Shown piece by piece: positions 15,058-28,259 of a stretch of 64,000 nucleotides of DNA; positions within the stretch are counted from its first letter, which is position 1, and every line of letters begins with the position of its first letter. The translations under genes were made by a program, and so were the position numbers. This DNA is from Octopus vulgaris (taxonomy: Eukaryota), in assembly GCA_951406725.2 (NCBI GenBank), contig OX597838.1:12090001-12154000 (forward strand), written 5' to 3'. The notes below the pieces were generated by a model that was not told where the DNA came from, did no database searches, and was given only the letters and a program-made list of their open reading frames with translations.

Positions 15058-15251
15058 TCGCCATGTTTGGCCGCTAGCTACGAAAGCTTTCTTTTTCTAT
15101 TCTTTCCCTGTTTATTTTCTCGTGCTCCTTTCTGTTGAAGAGCATAGGCTCGAAACGTAAAAGACTTTCTCACCTTCCCGAGCTTTAAATTGATACACCT
15201 GTTTGTTGTTTACACACCTGTCTTCGTCTTTTGTTTTATGTAAATTCGAAT
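15058..15251 (+). mobile_element. Family-A hammerhead element, plus-strand copy ending in (TA)n
   Basis: TCGCCAT...motif at 15128-15163...ACCTGTCTTCGTCTTTTGTTTT; homologous to the 11395, 33123 and 48757 copies. Confidence 0.85.
15128..15163 (+). ncRNA. Minimal type-I hammerhead-like motif (core CUGUUGA)
   Basis: cttt-CTGTTGA-a-GAGC-atag-GCTC-GAAA-CG-TA-aaag. Confidence 0.65.
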
Positions 15252-15265
15252 TATATATATATATA

Positions 15266-16160
15266 TAGGGTGTCCCCCAAAAATATAATCACATTTTGAC
15301 TCCCCGTAATTCACTGAAGTTTTCAATTATTTTCGGATCAATTTGACCCTAATAATGGCAGAAATATGACTAAGGTTTGATGTAGAAAATTTATCATAAA
15401 GTACTATTGGAAGCATGAAAATATCATGGAAGTGCAAAGTCAATGTAGAGGACACTTTCAAAAAGATCCACCGATGCAATGCACCATTGCTCGCATATGA
15501 GATAAGTTTCAATCAGATGGAACTGTGTATAATGTTCACAAGGAGCATTCAGAAAGACTACTGTCATCAACCGGCCCCACAAAGAAAGAACATTTGCTGG
15601 AAACCCTTTGGCAACCCCCACAGAAATCTGTATGATAAATGACTCGTGAGATGGGGATCCCAAAATCAAGAGCCCATTGGATTTTAAAGCGACTTGGTTG
15701 GAAATGTTACACTCCGATATTAATTTACGCTCGTAATTGAAGACGATCCTAACCAGAGAGTTGAATTTTGTGAATTGGTACCTGGGCAAATGCGGGGAAG
15801 ATGCAGCTTTTACATCCAAAATTGTTTGGGCTGATGAGGCCAGTTTTAAGTTACGTAGCTCAATTAACCGACGCAATTGCAACTACTGGGCTCTTGAAAA
15901 ATCTGCATTGGTCCATGGTACTAGCTCTGTTTGGAGAGTGGTACTTATCGGTTTGAATATTTATGAAGATGCATTTATCCATTTTGTGTTTAACTATTAA
16001 TCATTGTCAATAAACACTGCATTTATTGTCATTTAAAGAGAGAGTGCATCTTTTGACCATGTATTTGTAAATTTGAGCCATTAATCTTGTTGTTTCTACG
16101 TCAATAAGCTTTGAGTTAATTGTCATTTAAAGTGTGAGTACAGTTTTTGGGGACACCCTG
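15266..16160 (+). mobile_element. Internally deleted Tc1/mariner-superfamily transposon (maT/rosa-like, DUF4817-type HTH)
   Basis: TIRs (T/C)AGGGTGTCCCC(C)AAAAA at both ends, flanked by TA. Broken peptides KFIIKYYWKHENIMEVQ...DKFQSDGTV and IVWADEASFKLRSSINRRNCNYWA carry the first catalytic Asp. Confidence 0.9.
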
Positions 16161-16240
16161 TATGCATATACGTACATACATATACACACACATACACACT
16201 CATACATACTCACACGCACACACAAACACACACACACACA

Positions 16241-16294
<54 letters not shown>

Positions 16295-16419
16295 CAGATA
16301 TAGATGCAAGCAAGTCTCTGTGGTTCAGAAGATCTTTTCGGGTTCAGTCCCCACAGCACAAGATCCCGTGACAATATTCTCCACTATAGTTTCGAGGCAT
16401 CCTATGAAGGAATTTAGTA

Positions 16420-16672
16420 GACGGAAACTGTATGGAAGCTTGTCGTATATATATATGCCTGTGTGTTTCTTTGTGTTTTCCCTACAGGCTTGACAACTGG
16501 TATTGGGAGATTTTTATTATCTTTCCTTAACTTAGTGATCCGGCAAAATAACGATGGAATAAGCACCAGGCATTTAAAATATGAACAAAGTTGATCTGTT
16601 AGAATAAAATGCTCAGGGCAGTCACGCAGAATGGCTGCAGTCCAATGACTGAAACGAGCAAAAGATGAAACA
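16420..16672 (+). mobile_element. Old partial CORE-type SINE (family of 34190-34604)
   Basis: GTAGACGGAAACTG...GCTTGACAACTGG...GGCTGCAGTCCAATGACTGAAAC. Confidence 0.7.
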
Positions 16673-16858
16673 GACCAGTACACTGGGCCTGTAAACGTGT
16701 TGCAAGATATGAAATACAGAGGGAAGTGAAAGAATGAAAATAGAAGGGAGATGCATAAGGATATTGTATTTGCAGTTCCATTATTTAAGCAGAATGGTGT
16801 ATATATAAGTTTCCTGCACCTTGTGTGTGGGTCTACTTGACACCAATACCTCTCATAC

Positions 16859-16913
<55 letters not shown>

Positions 16914-16999
16914 ACATACATATATATATATATATATATAGAGTGAGAGAGAGAGATAGATAGATAGATAGATAGATAGATACATAGATAGATAGATAC

Positions 17000-17070
<71 letters not shown>

Positions 17071-18228
17071 TAGATATAGATATAGATATAGATATAAATA
17101 TAGATATATATGTATATAACATTTGCTGAATTTTGCTACGAGCAACCTATAGTAGGGTAAATAAATTTGATTAAATTTGACAGTTTATACGGCGTGGCCA
17201 TTGCTATAAATTTTTGAAATCGTCTCGGCGTTCCTTACATGTCATTTCAAGCAGGTTGTGAACGAGTCTCTGTTATTTATTTTCAATAGATCTACAACCA
17301 AGTGGAGCGTGGATTACTTATTTCTGTCTGTACAGCTGAACGTTCATCTTACTGCTGACGTATTTTGCCAGGTTAAAGTCATATTACTGTTGATTTGTTG
17401 ATAGCATTTCCATATCGTGTGTGTGTTTGTGTTTGTGCATGTGTGTGTGTGTATTTGTGTGTGTGTGTTTGTATGTGTTTGTGTACCTGTGTGCGTGTAT
17501 AGGCAAATAGATGCTCCAGAATGACCGCAGCCGCATGGCTGAAACAAAGAAGAGAAGAAAATAATAAGAACATATATATATATATATACATATATATATA
17601 TCAAAAGAAAAACAGGATGCAAAGGATTTAGCGGTACATATGTTTCTAGCTTTATTGGACAGTTTATATCAATGCATAATTGATGTAACATGTATGTCAA
17701 TAGCTTTCTTCAGCCGCGCACAATTACCACACCAAAGACATGTATTACATTATAGCAGGGTTGAGAAGTTTGGGAAAAAGGCGAGTTTCGTAGGGAATGC
17801 AAATCCTCATAGTCGTATATGGCAAAGCGAGACACCAAAACAAAACGTCCATACCGTTTTTTCACAATATATACATATTAATTGTTGCAGTCATTATTAG
17901 ACTGCTGTCATGCTGGAGCACCACCCTAAATGTCATATCGTCAGTAGTTCATATATCCGAAAAAGGAGCACAGTCTAAAATATTCAACAGCAAATGTGTT
18001 TTACTTGTGTAACATCAATGCTTCTTATATCTACACACCAGTTAATGTTGTTCCTCACCATCTGTCTCATTTGTTTCATAGATAATTTAGTAACCACTTA
18101 GTCACCACTAGCAAATCTAAAATAGTAACGTATCACCATCCCATTATATTGGACACAGCGGCTTCAGTACCTGTCTTACTTGTTTCATAGACAACTGTTC
18201 AGCCACTTGGCCAACAGTGGGAAGTTTT

Positions 18229-18633
18229 CTGGCAGTAACGTTAGCGCCCCGGGTGAAATACTTGGGGGTATTTCGTCTGTCGTTACGTTCTGAGTTCAAA
18301 TTCCGCCGAGGTCGACTTTGCCTTTCATCTTTTCGGGGTCGATAAATTAAGTACCAGTTACGCATTGGGGGTCGATGTAATCGACTTAATCCCTTTGTCT
18401 GTCCTTGTTTGTCCCCTCTGTGTTTAGCCCCTTGTGGGTAATAAAGAAATAGGTATTTCGTCTGTCGTTATGTTCTGAGTTCAAATTCCGCCGAGGTCGA
18501 CTTTGCCTTTCATCCTTTCGGGGTCGATAAATTAAGTACCAGTTACGCACTGGGGTGATGTAATCGACTTAATCCCTTTGTCTGTCCTTGTTTGTCCCCT
18601 CTGTGTTTAGCCCGTTGTGGGTACTAAAGAAAT
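18229..18633 (+). mobile_element. Nin/Deu-domain tRNA-derived SINE, tandem dimer (one head, two bodies)
   Basis: B-box GAGTTCAAATTCC and core GCCTTTCATCCTTTCGGGGTCGATAAATTAAGTACC. The ~183-bp body is repeated, restarting at GGTATTTCGTCTG. Confidence 0.92.
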
Positions 18634-18652
18634 ATATTTTACAGCTGTCAAA

Positions 18653-18708
18653 CACGGTATCACAGATCTATCGCGGTATCACAGATCTATCACGGTATCA
18701 CAGATCTA
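18653..18708. repeat. 19-bp tandem repeat x3 (CACGGTATCACAGATCTAT)
   Basis: Directly visible. Confidence 0.9.
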
Positions 18709-19256
18709 ACACTTCTATCTCTATAGTTTCATAGTTAATTAATATGCTTCCTGCGATGTGTGTATTTTACTATTGCGTAACATAGCAATATATCACTTAT
18801 TTACCGTAGTTAATACACATATCTCACTTGTCCCACGGATAATTAATCAGCCACCCAGTCACTCAGACACCACCAGCAAATTCGTTTTACTTCTAACACA
18901 GAAATATCTAATAAATTTACAGCAGTTAATACCGGTATCTCAGCATCTAGCTTACATGTTTCGTAGATAACTATTCAACCACTGAGTCAGCAGTGGCGAA
19001 TATATTTTGCTACTGTTTAATACAGCGATGTATTACACAGTAAAGTGCATTCTGTAAAATATATTAATCTAATACAGTAACATACTCAATGTTTATGACA
19101 AGAAAGAACATTTTTTTATGTGAAAAGTTGCGTCGCCTGGCAAGAGATTTATATGTTTTCGGAGTTCATTGCCTCAGAGTGATTTTCGGTCTTTTACCAC
19201 TACCACCACCACCACCACCACAACCACCATCGTCGCCAACGTTATCCTCATATCTG

Positions 19257-19642
19257 TGGAGGCGCAATGGCCCAGTGGTTAGGGCAGCGGACTCGCGGTC
19301 GTAGGATCGCGGTTTCAATTCCCAGACCGGGCGTTGTGAGTGTTTATTGAGCGAAAACACCTAAAAGCTCCACGAGGCTCCGGCAGGGGATGGTGGTGAT
19401 CCCTGCTGTACTCTTTCACCACAACTTTCTCTCACTCTTACTTCCTGTTTCTGTTGTACCTGTATTTCAAGGGGCCGGCCTTGTCACTCTCTGTGTCACG
19501 CTGAATATCCCCGAGAACTACGTTAAGGGTGCACGTGTCTGTGGAGTGCTCAACCACTTACACCTTAATTTCACGAGCAGGCTGTTCCGTTGATTCGGAT
19601 CAACCGGAACCCTCGTCGTCGTAACCGACGGAGTGCTTCCCC
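19257..19642 (+). mobile_element. Full-length tRNA-derived SINE (third family) with 13-bp target-site duplication
   Basis: A-box TGGCCCAGTGG and B-box-like GGTTTCAATTCC. TSD ATCCTCATATCTG at 19244-19256 and 19643-19655. Confidence 0.92.
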
Positions 19643-19802
19643 ATCCTCATATCTGCCACCCTTTCCCTCCTCTTTCTCCTTAGCAACATCGTCCTTACCG
19701 TAATGATCATCATCATCGTCGTCGTCGTCGTCGTACTTGCATTTGCAAGGCAAAGAAGACCTCAAATTGATACCAGTTCGTCTCATCTATTTCCATATAT
19801 AT

Positions 19803-20400
19803 ATTTCTTTACTGCCCACAAGGGGCTAAACATAGAGGGGACAAACAAGGACAGACGAAGGGATTAAGTCGATTATATCGCCCCCAGTGCGAAACTGGTA
19901 CTTTATTTATCGACCCCGAAAGGATGAAAGGCGAAGTCGACCTCGGCGGAATTTGAACTCAGAACGTAACGACAGACAAAATACCTATTTCTTTACTGCC
20001 TACAAGGGGCTAAACATAGAGGGGACAAACAAGGACAGACAAGCGGATTAAGTCGATTACATCGACACCAGTGCGTAACTGGTACTTAATTTATCGACCC
20101 CGAAAAGATGAAAGGCAAAGTCGACCTCGGCGGAATTTGAACTCAGAACGTAGCGGCAGACGAAATACCTATTTCTTTACTACCCACAAGGGGCTAAACA
20201 CACAGGGGACAAACAAGGACAGACAAACGGATTAAGTCGATTACATCGACCCCAGTACGTAACTGGTACTTAATTTATCGACCCCGAAAGGATGAAAGGC
20301 AAAGTCGACCTCGGCGGAATTTGAACTCAGAACGTAAAGGCAGACGAAATACCGCTAGGCATTTCACCCGGCGTGCTAACGTTTCTGCCAGCTCGCCGCC
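19803..20400 (-). mobile_element. Nin/Deu-domain SINE, tandem trimer with target-site duplication
   Basis: Head GGCGGCGAGCTGGCAGAAACGTTAGC followed by three ~183-bp bodies. TATTTCCATATA at 19788-19799 and 20403-20414. Confidence 0.93.
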
Positions 20401-20611
20401 TATATTTCCATATAGCCCCACTACCCTCATAAATCCCGTCTATTTCATCCCTCCTCCTCCTTCTCTCATAACTTTAGCCTGTCCTCTTTGATCCCCATTT
20501 CGTACCCGACTTTGCCGTTGTTTTTTTCATTCGTTCAACCAATCATGTCCTATCTTGCTCCTCTATTTTATCGCCTTAATTATTTTATGGTTTATTGTAG
20601 TTTTGCTTGTA

Positions 20612-20835
20612 GGCCCAGTATTGAAGAATGGTTAAGAGCTTCGGTTTGAAACCACAAGGACATGGGTTCGATCCTACTGCGTGGCAGCATGACATTTTAG
20701 TGAAATTGGGGGAATTTCCTTGACGGAAACTGTGCGGAAGCTCGTATGTATGGATTGTACCCGAAAGTCAAAAGGTACAGCCTCGTCACTCTGTGTCCCG
20801 CTGATTTTCCGGATGAATTATATTAAAGATACAAG
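20612..20835 (+). mobile_element. Old, apparently chimeric SINE remnant
   Basis: tRNA-like head (TGGTTAAGAG...GGGTTCGATCCTACTGCGTGGCA), then GACGGAAACTG as in the CORE family, then a tail resembling 19477-19530. Confidence 0.55.
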
Positions 20836-20848
20836 CGAAGCTCAGTTG

Positions 20849-20977
<129 letters not shown>

Positions 20978-20978
20978 A

Positions 20979-21036
<58 letters not shown>

Positions 21037-21259
21037 TTTATCTATCTATCTATCAATCTATCTATCTATCTATCTATTTGTCTATATAAATATCAACAAA
21101 TATGCAAACACACATAAATACACATGTATACATGCATAAGTATATACATATATATATATATAAACACATATATACAAATATATATATATGAATATACACG
21201 CATATATATATGTATACATATATATATACATACATACAAACATACAGACATACATATAC

Positions 21260-21300
<41 letters not shown>

Positions 21301-21334
21301 TGTATATGTACATACAGTGTATATGAACATACAG

Positions 21335-21385
<51 letters not shown>

Positions 21386-21425
21386 GGTCCGGTTATACAA
21401 CCACATATATAATACATTCATATTA

Positions 21426-21456
<31 letters not shown>

Positions 21457-22183
21457 CATTTAGGCAGGTTTAAAGGAGTGGTGGTGGGGGACTTTTTGGG
21501 GGTAGGCATATATATATATATGCTCGCACATGTGCAAACTCGGCTCTTGCATTTGTGTATGTATGTGAAGATATGAGGAGAATGTGTGAAGGTGACTGGA
21601 ACGGTAGAGGAAAATCATGAAGCTGTTGGCTGATAAAAAAATCTGCGTGGGTGGCGGGGAGGGGGGAAAGAAGGAGAGTAAACAAAGAAAGAACGAAAGA
21701 AAGAAACCCGAAGGAGACAGAGAGAGAGAGAGAGAGTAAATTGAAATATTCGTGTGAGAAGGATGGTGGAGCGAGGTGGTGAGGATGAAAGAGGGAATTA
21801 GCGATTCACATGGTTGTTTCGAGTCTTCAAAGACTATCTTGGCAGATAACTGTCAAACCAAAGTATTTCTTGAACCGTTGTGTTTATGCCTTATGTTTTG
21901 TTGTTGGTGCTGAGTTGTGCTCTCTTTTATATTTTAACATTTCTTTAATTTTTTCACTCTTTATCTCGTTCTTTCTTTCCTTCTTTCTTCTTCTTTAACC
22001 TTATTCCCAATAGCCAATATATATCTGAAGACATGTGGTATGATGTGTATGTGTATGCGTGTGTAAATATATGCTCGTGCATATACGTATATGAAAATGT
22101 ATGCGTATATATATTTATATATATATACATATATATGTAGGCATATATGCATGTATATATATGTACAGATATATGGATATATG

Positions 22184-22264
<81 letters not shown>

Positions 22265-22511
22265 GTAGATTTATAAATATATGTTTTGCATGTGCGTGTC
22301 TACATATATATATATATATATAAATATATATATATGTATGTATGTATGTATAATATATATGTATATATATATATGTGTGTGTGTGTGTTTATCTATAGGT
22401 ATAAATTTCTACAGCAGTGAGCATCATATTTCTATCAATAAAATTTAGAATTTCTTAAAGGATTTACCTTATCGATAACTGGTTTCCTTATAAATATATA
22501 CAAGCAAATGC

Positions 22512-22565
<54 letters not shown>

Positions 22566-22636
22566 TTATATATATAGATATACAAATATATATTACATAT
22601 ATGTATGTGTGTATTTATTCACAAGCATAAACAAAC

Positions 22637-22672
<36 letters not shown>

Positions 22673-22946
22673 TGTAAGAATGATATGCGTATATGTATGT
22701 GCGTATGTACGCTTGTGTGCATGTGTGTGTATATGATGAGTACTCGAAAAGTGCATTTTTAATCTCATTGACATATTTGGCACGCTTATTAAATTATATA
22801 CACATATATATGACAAAACAAGAGACATACATATCTAGATATATTGAAAGGTACACAAAGATAGAATACGCATTCATGCATATACATACATTAATATTGA
22901 CATATAGAATGCCTATATATACGTACATACATACATACGTATAGAC

Positions 22947-23041
<95 letters not shown>

Positions 23042-23264
23042 GTATATATACATATGCATTTGAGAGAGACAGACAGACAGACAGACAGAGACAGACAGAC
23101 AGACAGAGACAGACAGACAAACAGACAAGTAGGGAGAGAAATGCAATTGTCATACATGTAAATAACATTCACTTAATATGAAACCGACATGGACACACAC
23201 ACACACACATATAAACACGTGTGTGTGTACGTGTGTGTGTGTATGTGTGTGTGTGAGGATGTAT

Positions 23265-23329
<65 letters not shown>

Positions 23330-24384
23330 TATATATATGTATATGTATGTATACACACACACATATATGTATAAATGTATACATGTATGTATATGGATGT
23401 ATATATGTGTGGAGGTGGGGGTTGGGGGGTGTCTGTGTGTATGAGTGTCAAGATTTAGTTCCAATTTCCATGTGACAGATATAAATCTAACACAACCATA
23501 TTATCAGCAGCAATGCATAAAGAGCAATATCGTAACAAGAACAACGGTATCATTACCCTCACCACCACCACCACCACTACCACCACCACCACCACCACTA
23601 CCATTGCCACCACCACCACCACCACCACCACCACCAACACCACTACCACCACCACCACCACCACTATTACCACCACCACCACCACCACCACCACCACCAC
23701 CACCATTACCACCACCACCACCATTACCACCACCATCACTACCATTACCACCATCACTACCATTACCACCACCACCACCACCACCACCACTACCACCACC
23801 ACCACCACCATTACCACCACCACCACCACCATTACCACCATCACCACCACCACCATCACGACTAACACTACCATCATCGCTAACACTACCATCAGCGCCA
23901 TCACTAACAACAGCGTTACGAAGGCCACCATCAAACCTTCCTTCATCACAACCAGCAACGTCTCTGACAACTTCATCATCTTTGCCACAACCACCACCAC
24001 CACCACCACTACCACCGTCTGCACGTACAATAATATCATCAATATATTGAGAGATATTGTAACAACAACAACAACAACAACAACAGCCGTATTTACTATT
24101 TAAGACACTTCGATCTGTTGCAACGAAAGGGATTCACCTTATCTTAGCGTTTCGGAGATATATCGCAATTGTTTTGTTTATTGTTATTGATACATCGGTG
24201 TGGTGGTGGTGGTGGTATTGGTAGGGGGGTAGTGGTGGTAGTGGTGGTGGTGGTGGTTGTGTTCGCCATTCCTGATGAGGTTGGGAAGGTGCTGCCATAG
24301 CGGTAATCCGCGGGGTATTTGCATTTTATAGCAAGCGTAGTCCATTACTCACCGCCTCTGAACAAAGATGATATTTCTGATACC

Positions 24385-24488
<104 letters not shown>

Positions 24489-24516
24489 CAACAACAACAA
24501 CAACAATAACGACAAC

Positions 24517-24560
<44 letters not shown>

Positions 24561-24587
24561 CAATAATAATAAAAAAAAATAATCATC

Positions 24588-24617
<30 letters not shown>

Positions 24618-24620
<3 letters not shown>

Positions 24621-24760
24621 GTCATTTTACGTCCAGGCTGGCATAGGTTGGACGGTTTTACTGAGGACTGGCAAGCCAAAAGGCTGTACCAGGCTCCAAT
24701 CTGATCTAGCAGAGTTTCTACAGCTGGATGCCCTTCCTAATGCCAACCACTCCGAGAGTC
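24618..24760 (-). mobile_element. 3' half of an RTE-partnered SINE ending in (GAT)n
   Basis: Minus strand GTGGTTGGCATTAGGAAGGGCATCCAGCTGTAGAAACT...CCGTCCAACCTATGCCAGC..GGACGTAAAATGACGATGATG. Confidence 0.75.
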
Positions 24761-24767
24761 TAGGTAG

Positions 24768-24832
24768 ACACAGCTGTCCTCATCCATACGCAAGAAGTGA
24801 CCATACAAGCGCAGTCGCCTCTCTTGCACACC

Positions 24833-24835
<3 letters not shown>
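24768..24835 (-). mobile_element. Tiny RTE-clade LINE fragment
   Basis: CGVQERRLRLYGHFLRMDEDSCV corresponds to the RLRW.GH..RM motif. Confidence 0.75.
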
Positions 24836-24894
<59 letters not shown>

Positions 24895-24896
<2 letters not shown>

Positions 24897-25185
24897 TGTT
24901 GTGTCTGGGGAGAGTCGTTCTCGTTTAGTGCCTTATAATTTAACACATTCACCGGTAAAATTTCCATTTATTTATTTATTTATTTTATTTATTATTTCTT
25001 ATTTCTTATGTTTCATTTTTATATTTCCATTCTATCTTAAAGGTCAGATTATGAGGAAGAAAGTATTAAACAGACTAAAGAATAATATGAAGAATAAAAT
25101 AAAATGTTTCGAGATAATGAATTGAGATACGGGTAAAGAATATACGAACTCACATAAAGAATCTTGCAAACCAAATCCCAAAACG

Positions 25186-25190
<5 letters not shown>
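24895..25190. mobile_element. Rearranged fragments of the family-C element (see 52825-53358)
   Basis: 24895-24967 is the reverse complement of 53037-53107, and 25144-25190 matches 53122-53168. 25023-25105 is an inverted copy of 26361-26442. Confidence 0.8.
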
Positions 25191-25283
<93 letters not shown>

Positions 25284-25292
25284 TAGATTGAG

Positions 25293-25323
<31 letters not shown>

Positions 25324-25329
25324 CAGATG

Positions 25330-25394
<65 letters not shown>

Positions 25395-25555
25395 GTTTCT
25401 TTATTGGCCACACAGGGATGCACACAAATGGGACAAGTTACAAGGTAGAGCTTTTCTTTTGGGGGATGAAAAAAAACAAAAAACAAAAGAAACAAAAAAC
25501 AAAAAAGGGGGGATGGCGTAGGTTTTCGATCAAGAGGGATCGTAAAAGGGAAGAA
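25395..25555 (-). mobile_element. 3' UTR of a Tx1/L1-type LINE inserted in (GATA)n
   Basis: Minus strand ends TTGTCCCATTTGTGTGCATCCCTGTGTGGCCAATAAAGAAAC followed by (TATC)n. (GATA)n lies on both sides. Confidence 0.65.
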
Positions 25556-25657
25556 AAGAACAAAAAAAAATAATAAATAAAATAAAAAAAAAAGAAAAAG
25601 AAAAAAAAGAAAAGGAAAAGGAACAAAAGAAAAGAGAAATGAACAAAGAAGAAAAAG

Positions 25658-25789
<132 letters not shown>

Positions 25790-26087
25790 TAGATATAGAT
25801 ATATGAAACAATATACATTGCCTTATTGTTTGTCGTACGGAGTAATGTATGTGCGGGGGAGGGGCAAGGATACCTACTAATTTATCTTTTTATCATCTCG
25901 CACATAAGAACAAGACAGTAATAAATTAACTTTAGATAGAGACTCATTCTACTCTAGGATAAGGCAGTTGTTTTGTCACAGGAGGCAAGGAAGCACTTGA
26001 TATGTACTGTAATGGTCAGTCTTTACCTAATTCTCAATTTATTATCTCGAAACATTTTATTTTAACGTAAAGTATAACAGCCATCTC

Positions 26088-26313
26088 AATATGGCTAACC
26101 ACAAAGTGGGGGTGTTACTGTAGCTTTTAGCCCCAGGAGATCGACGTCTCCAGCTGGCTATAGACACACTTTCTGTGCAAAGGGAAGCCATCCCTTCCTC
26201 GTAAGCCTTACGAGGAAGGGATGGCTTCCCTAAAGGCACAGAAAGTGTGTCAAAGCCAGCTGGAACGTCATCCTGTAAAGCTACAGTCACCCCACTTTGT
26301 GGTTAGCCATATT
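26088..26313. repeat. ~225-bp palindrome with perfect 25-bp inner arms and a 1-nt spacer
   Basis: AGGGAAGCCATCCCTTCCTCGTAAG-C-CTTACGAGGAAGGGATGGCTTCCCT. The outer arms AATATGGCTAACCACAAAGTGGGG / CCCCACTTTGTGGTTAGCCATATT also pair. Confidence 0.95.
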
Positions 26314-26849
26314 TTACGTTGTTGGCGGTTACTGTTTACATCTCGCTCTGAGATTTAATAATTTTATTTTATTCTTCATATTATTATTTAGTATGTTTAA
26401 TATTTTCTCCTTATAATCTGACCATTAAGATAGAATAGAAATTTATTGTCAGCCTGACCCTTTTCTTTGCTTTTGTCTACTTTATTATTTTTTTTTTGTA
26501 TTTTGTATTTTGGTTTTAATGGTTTTAGCTTTGTCTGTAAACTGCTGAGAATGTTGTATCTCTCTGGGTATGCATTATAAAAGTGAGTGGAATGAGATGA
26601 GGATTTCATGAAGAACTTACTTGATCTCTTGAGGAGGCACATTCTACACTTTGGATGTAAGATAATGATTGCACAACATCTTAACTATGTGCTAAACGTA
26701 CGAGTCGAAACAATTGTAGTGGCTTGAATTAAAGAGTGTCATGAATTCCATTTTCTATCATTTCTCTATAACACACACACGCAACACACAACAGCAAAAG
26801 CAATAACAAAAGTCGAGGTATATATATATATATATATATATACACTCAC

Positions 26850-27066
26850 ACACTGTTGTGCCTTTCGAGTGATTCCACCCTGACGGCTAAGCAGAGAATG
26901 GTCAATATTATTCCTGAGCGGAACGTCAGTTCGTTGCAGGGTTATCTGCCTGCAACAGCGTGAAAATGAAGCGTTTTGCTCAAGAACCCAACGCACGAAC
27001 GGACTCGGGGTCGAAACCATGATCATGTGATCGTGTGTGCAACCCCCATTCACCAACTACGCGACT
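26850..27066 (-). mobile_element. Old tRNA-derived SINE sharing its tail with 56545-56786
   Basis: Minus strand GGTTTCGACCCC (B-box-like), CTTGAGCAAAACGCTT (CORE-like), tail GCTTAGCCGTCAGGGTGG...GAAAGGC. Confidence 0.6.
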
Positions 27067-27491
27067 ACGTATTTATGTATATTTATGCATATGTATGTAT
27101 TTGTGTGCGTGTATGTATGCATGTATATATATATGTATATATGTATATATATATAAGGGGGGGTGTAATTTCATGTATGTATACACAGGGAGATCAAAAA
27201 TTATAGATATGCTTATAAACAGATAAATAAATTATATAGATTCCTGCAATCTAGCAAAAACACACATCAATTCTCTCACTTATATTCATATATACCCACA
27301 CCACAGACACACACATATATTATTATGAATGTGTGTACTTGAGTGTGTGTGTATGTATGTGTGTATGTATATACAAATATATATATTTATATATGTATGT
27401 ATATACGTATATAAATGTAGACATATATAAATATATATATATGTGTGTGCTTATATATATATATACACACTTGCACAAATATATATATATT

Positions 27492-27536
<45 letters not shown>

Positions 27537-27616
27537 TTATATATATATATATATACATTTATATATATGTATGCATATGCGTATATATATATCTCTATAT
27601 ACATAAATATATATAC

Positions 27617-27672
<56 letters not shown>

Positions 27673-28259
27673 TACACTTCAATAAATATATTTAAAATTA
27701 TATATGTATAAATGTATTTATTTATATTTATGCACACTTTAATCCCAGTGCTAAAAATCCACAATAGATAATTTCTATCTTTTAACTGTAATTTCGATAG
27801 AAATTTGGGGACCGATATATCGATTTATTGATCTGTGAGCAATCGTGATGGCTTTAATTGAAATCTTTAGAATTAGCGTATAAAACTGCAACAACAACCA
27901 CGGCAACTTGAAGTCGTGTCACATATCAAATGGTAATTACAATAACAAGAACATCAACAACAGAGTACACACGTTTTTAACAAGACCAGCAAATAATATT
28001 TGCGAAAACTGTAATGGCAAAACGAAGAGAAAGACGACGCCGATGACGACGGACAGTAGCCTGGACGTAGCAATTGATCCTGTAAGAAGTAGCTATAAAA
28101 TCTCGCTTAATTCATGCACTTTACTATTTTCAAGAGGAATACATAGGATGATGCAGTCATTTATTATATATTTACACACGCGCGGGACGGGATAAACTAC
28201 CTGCATCAATTGCTATAAAAGCAGGTTACCTTGGCCTTATTCTTAGTGCAAGTTTTGAA

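Noticed and set aside
19257-19330. tRNA gene
   Set aside because: The tRNA-like head continues into a SINE body bounded by a TSD, with no proper acceptor stem or poly-T terminator.
26621-26643. Minus-strand micro-exon (AG...GTAAGT)
   Set aside because: Weak acceptor and no partner exons or recognisable peptide.
27908-28195. 95-aa non-repetitive ORF
   Set aside because: No recognisable motif or clear splice context; likely chance.
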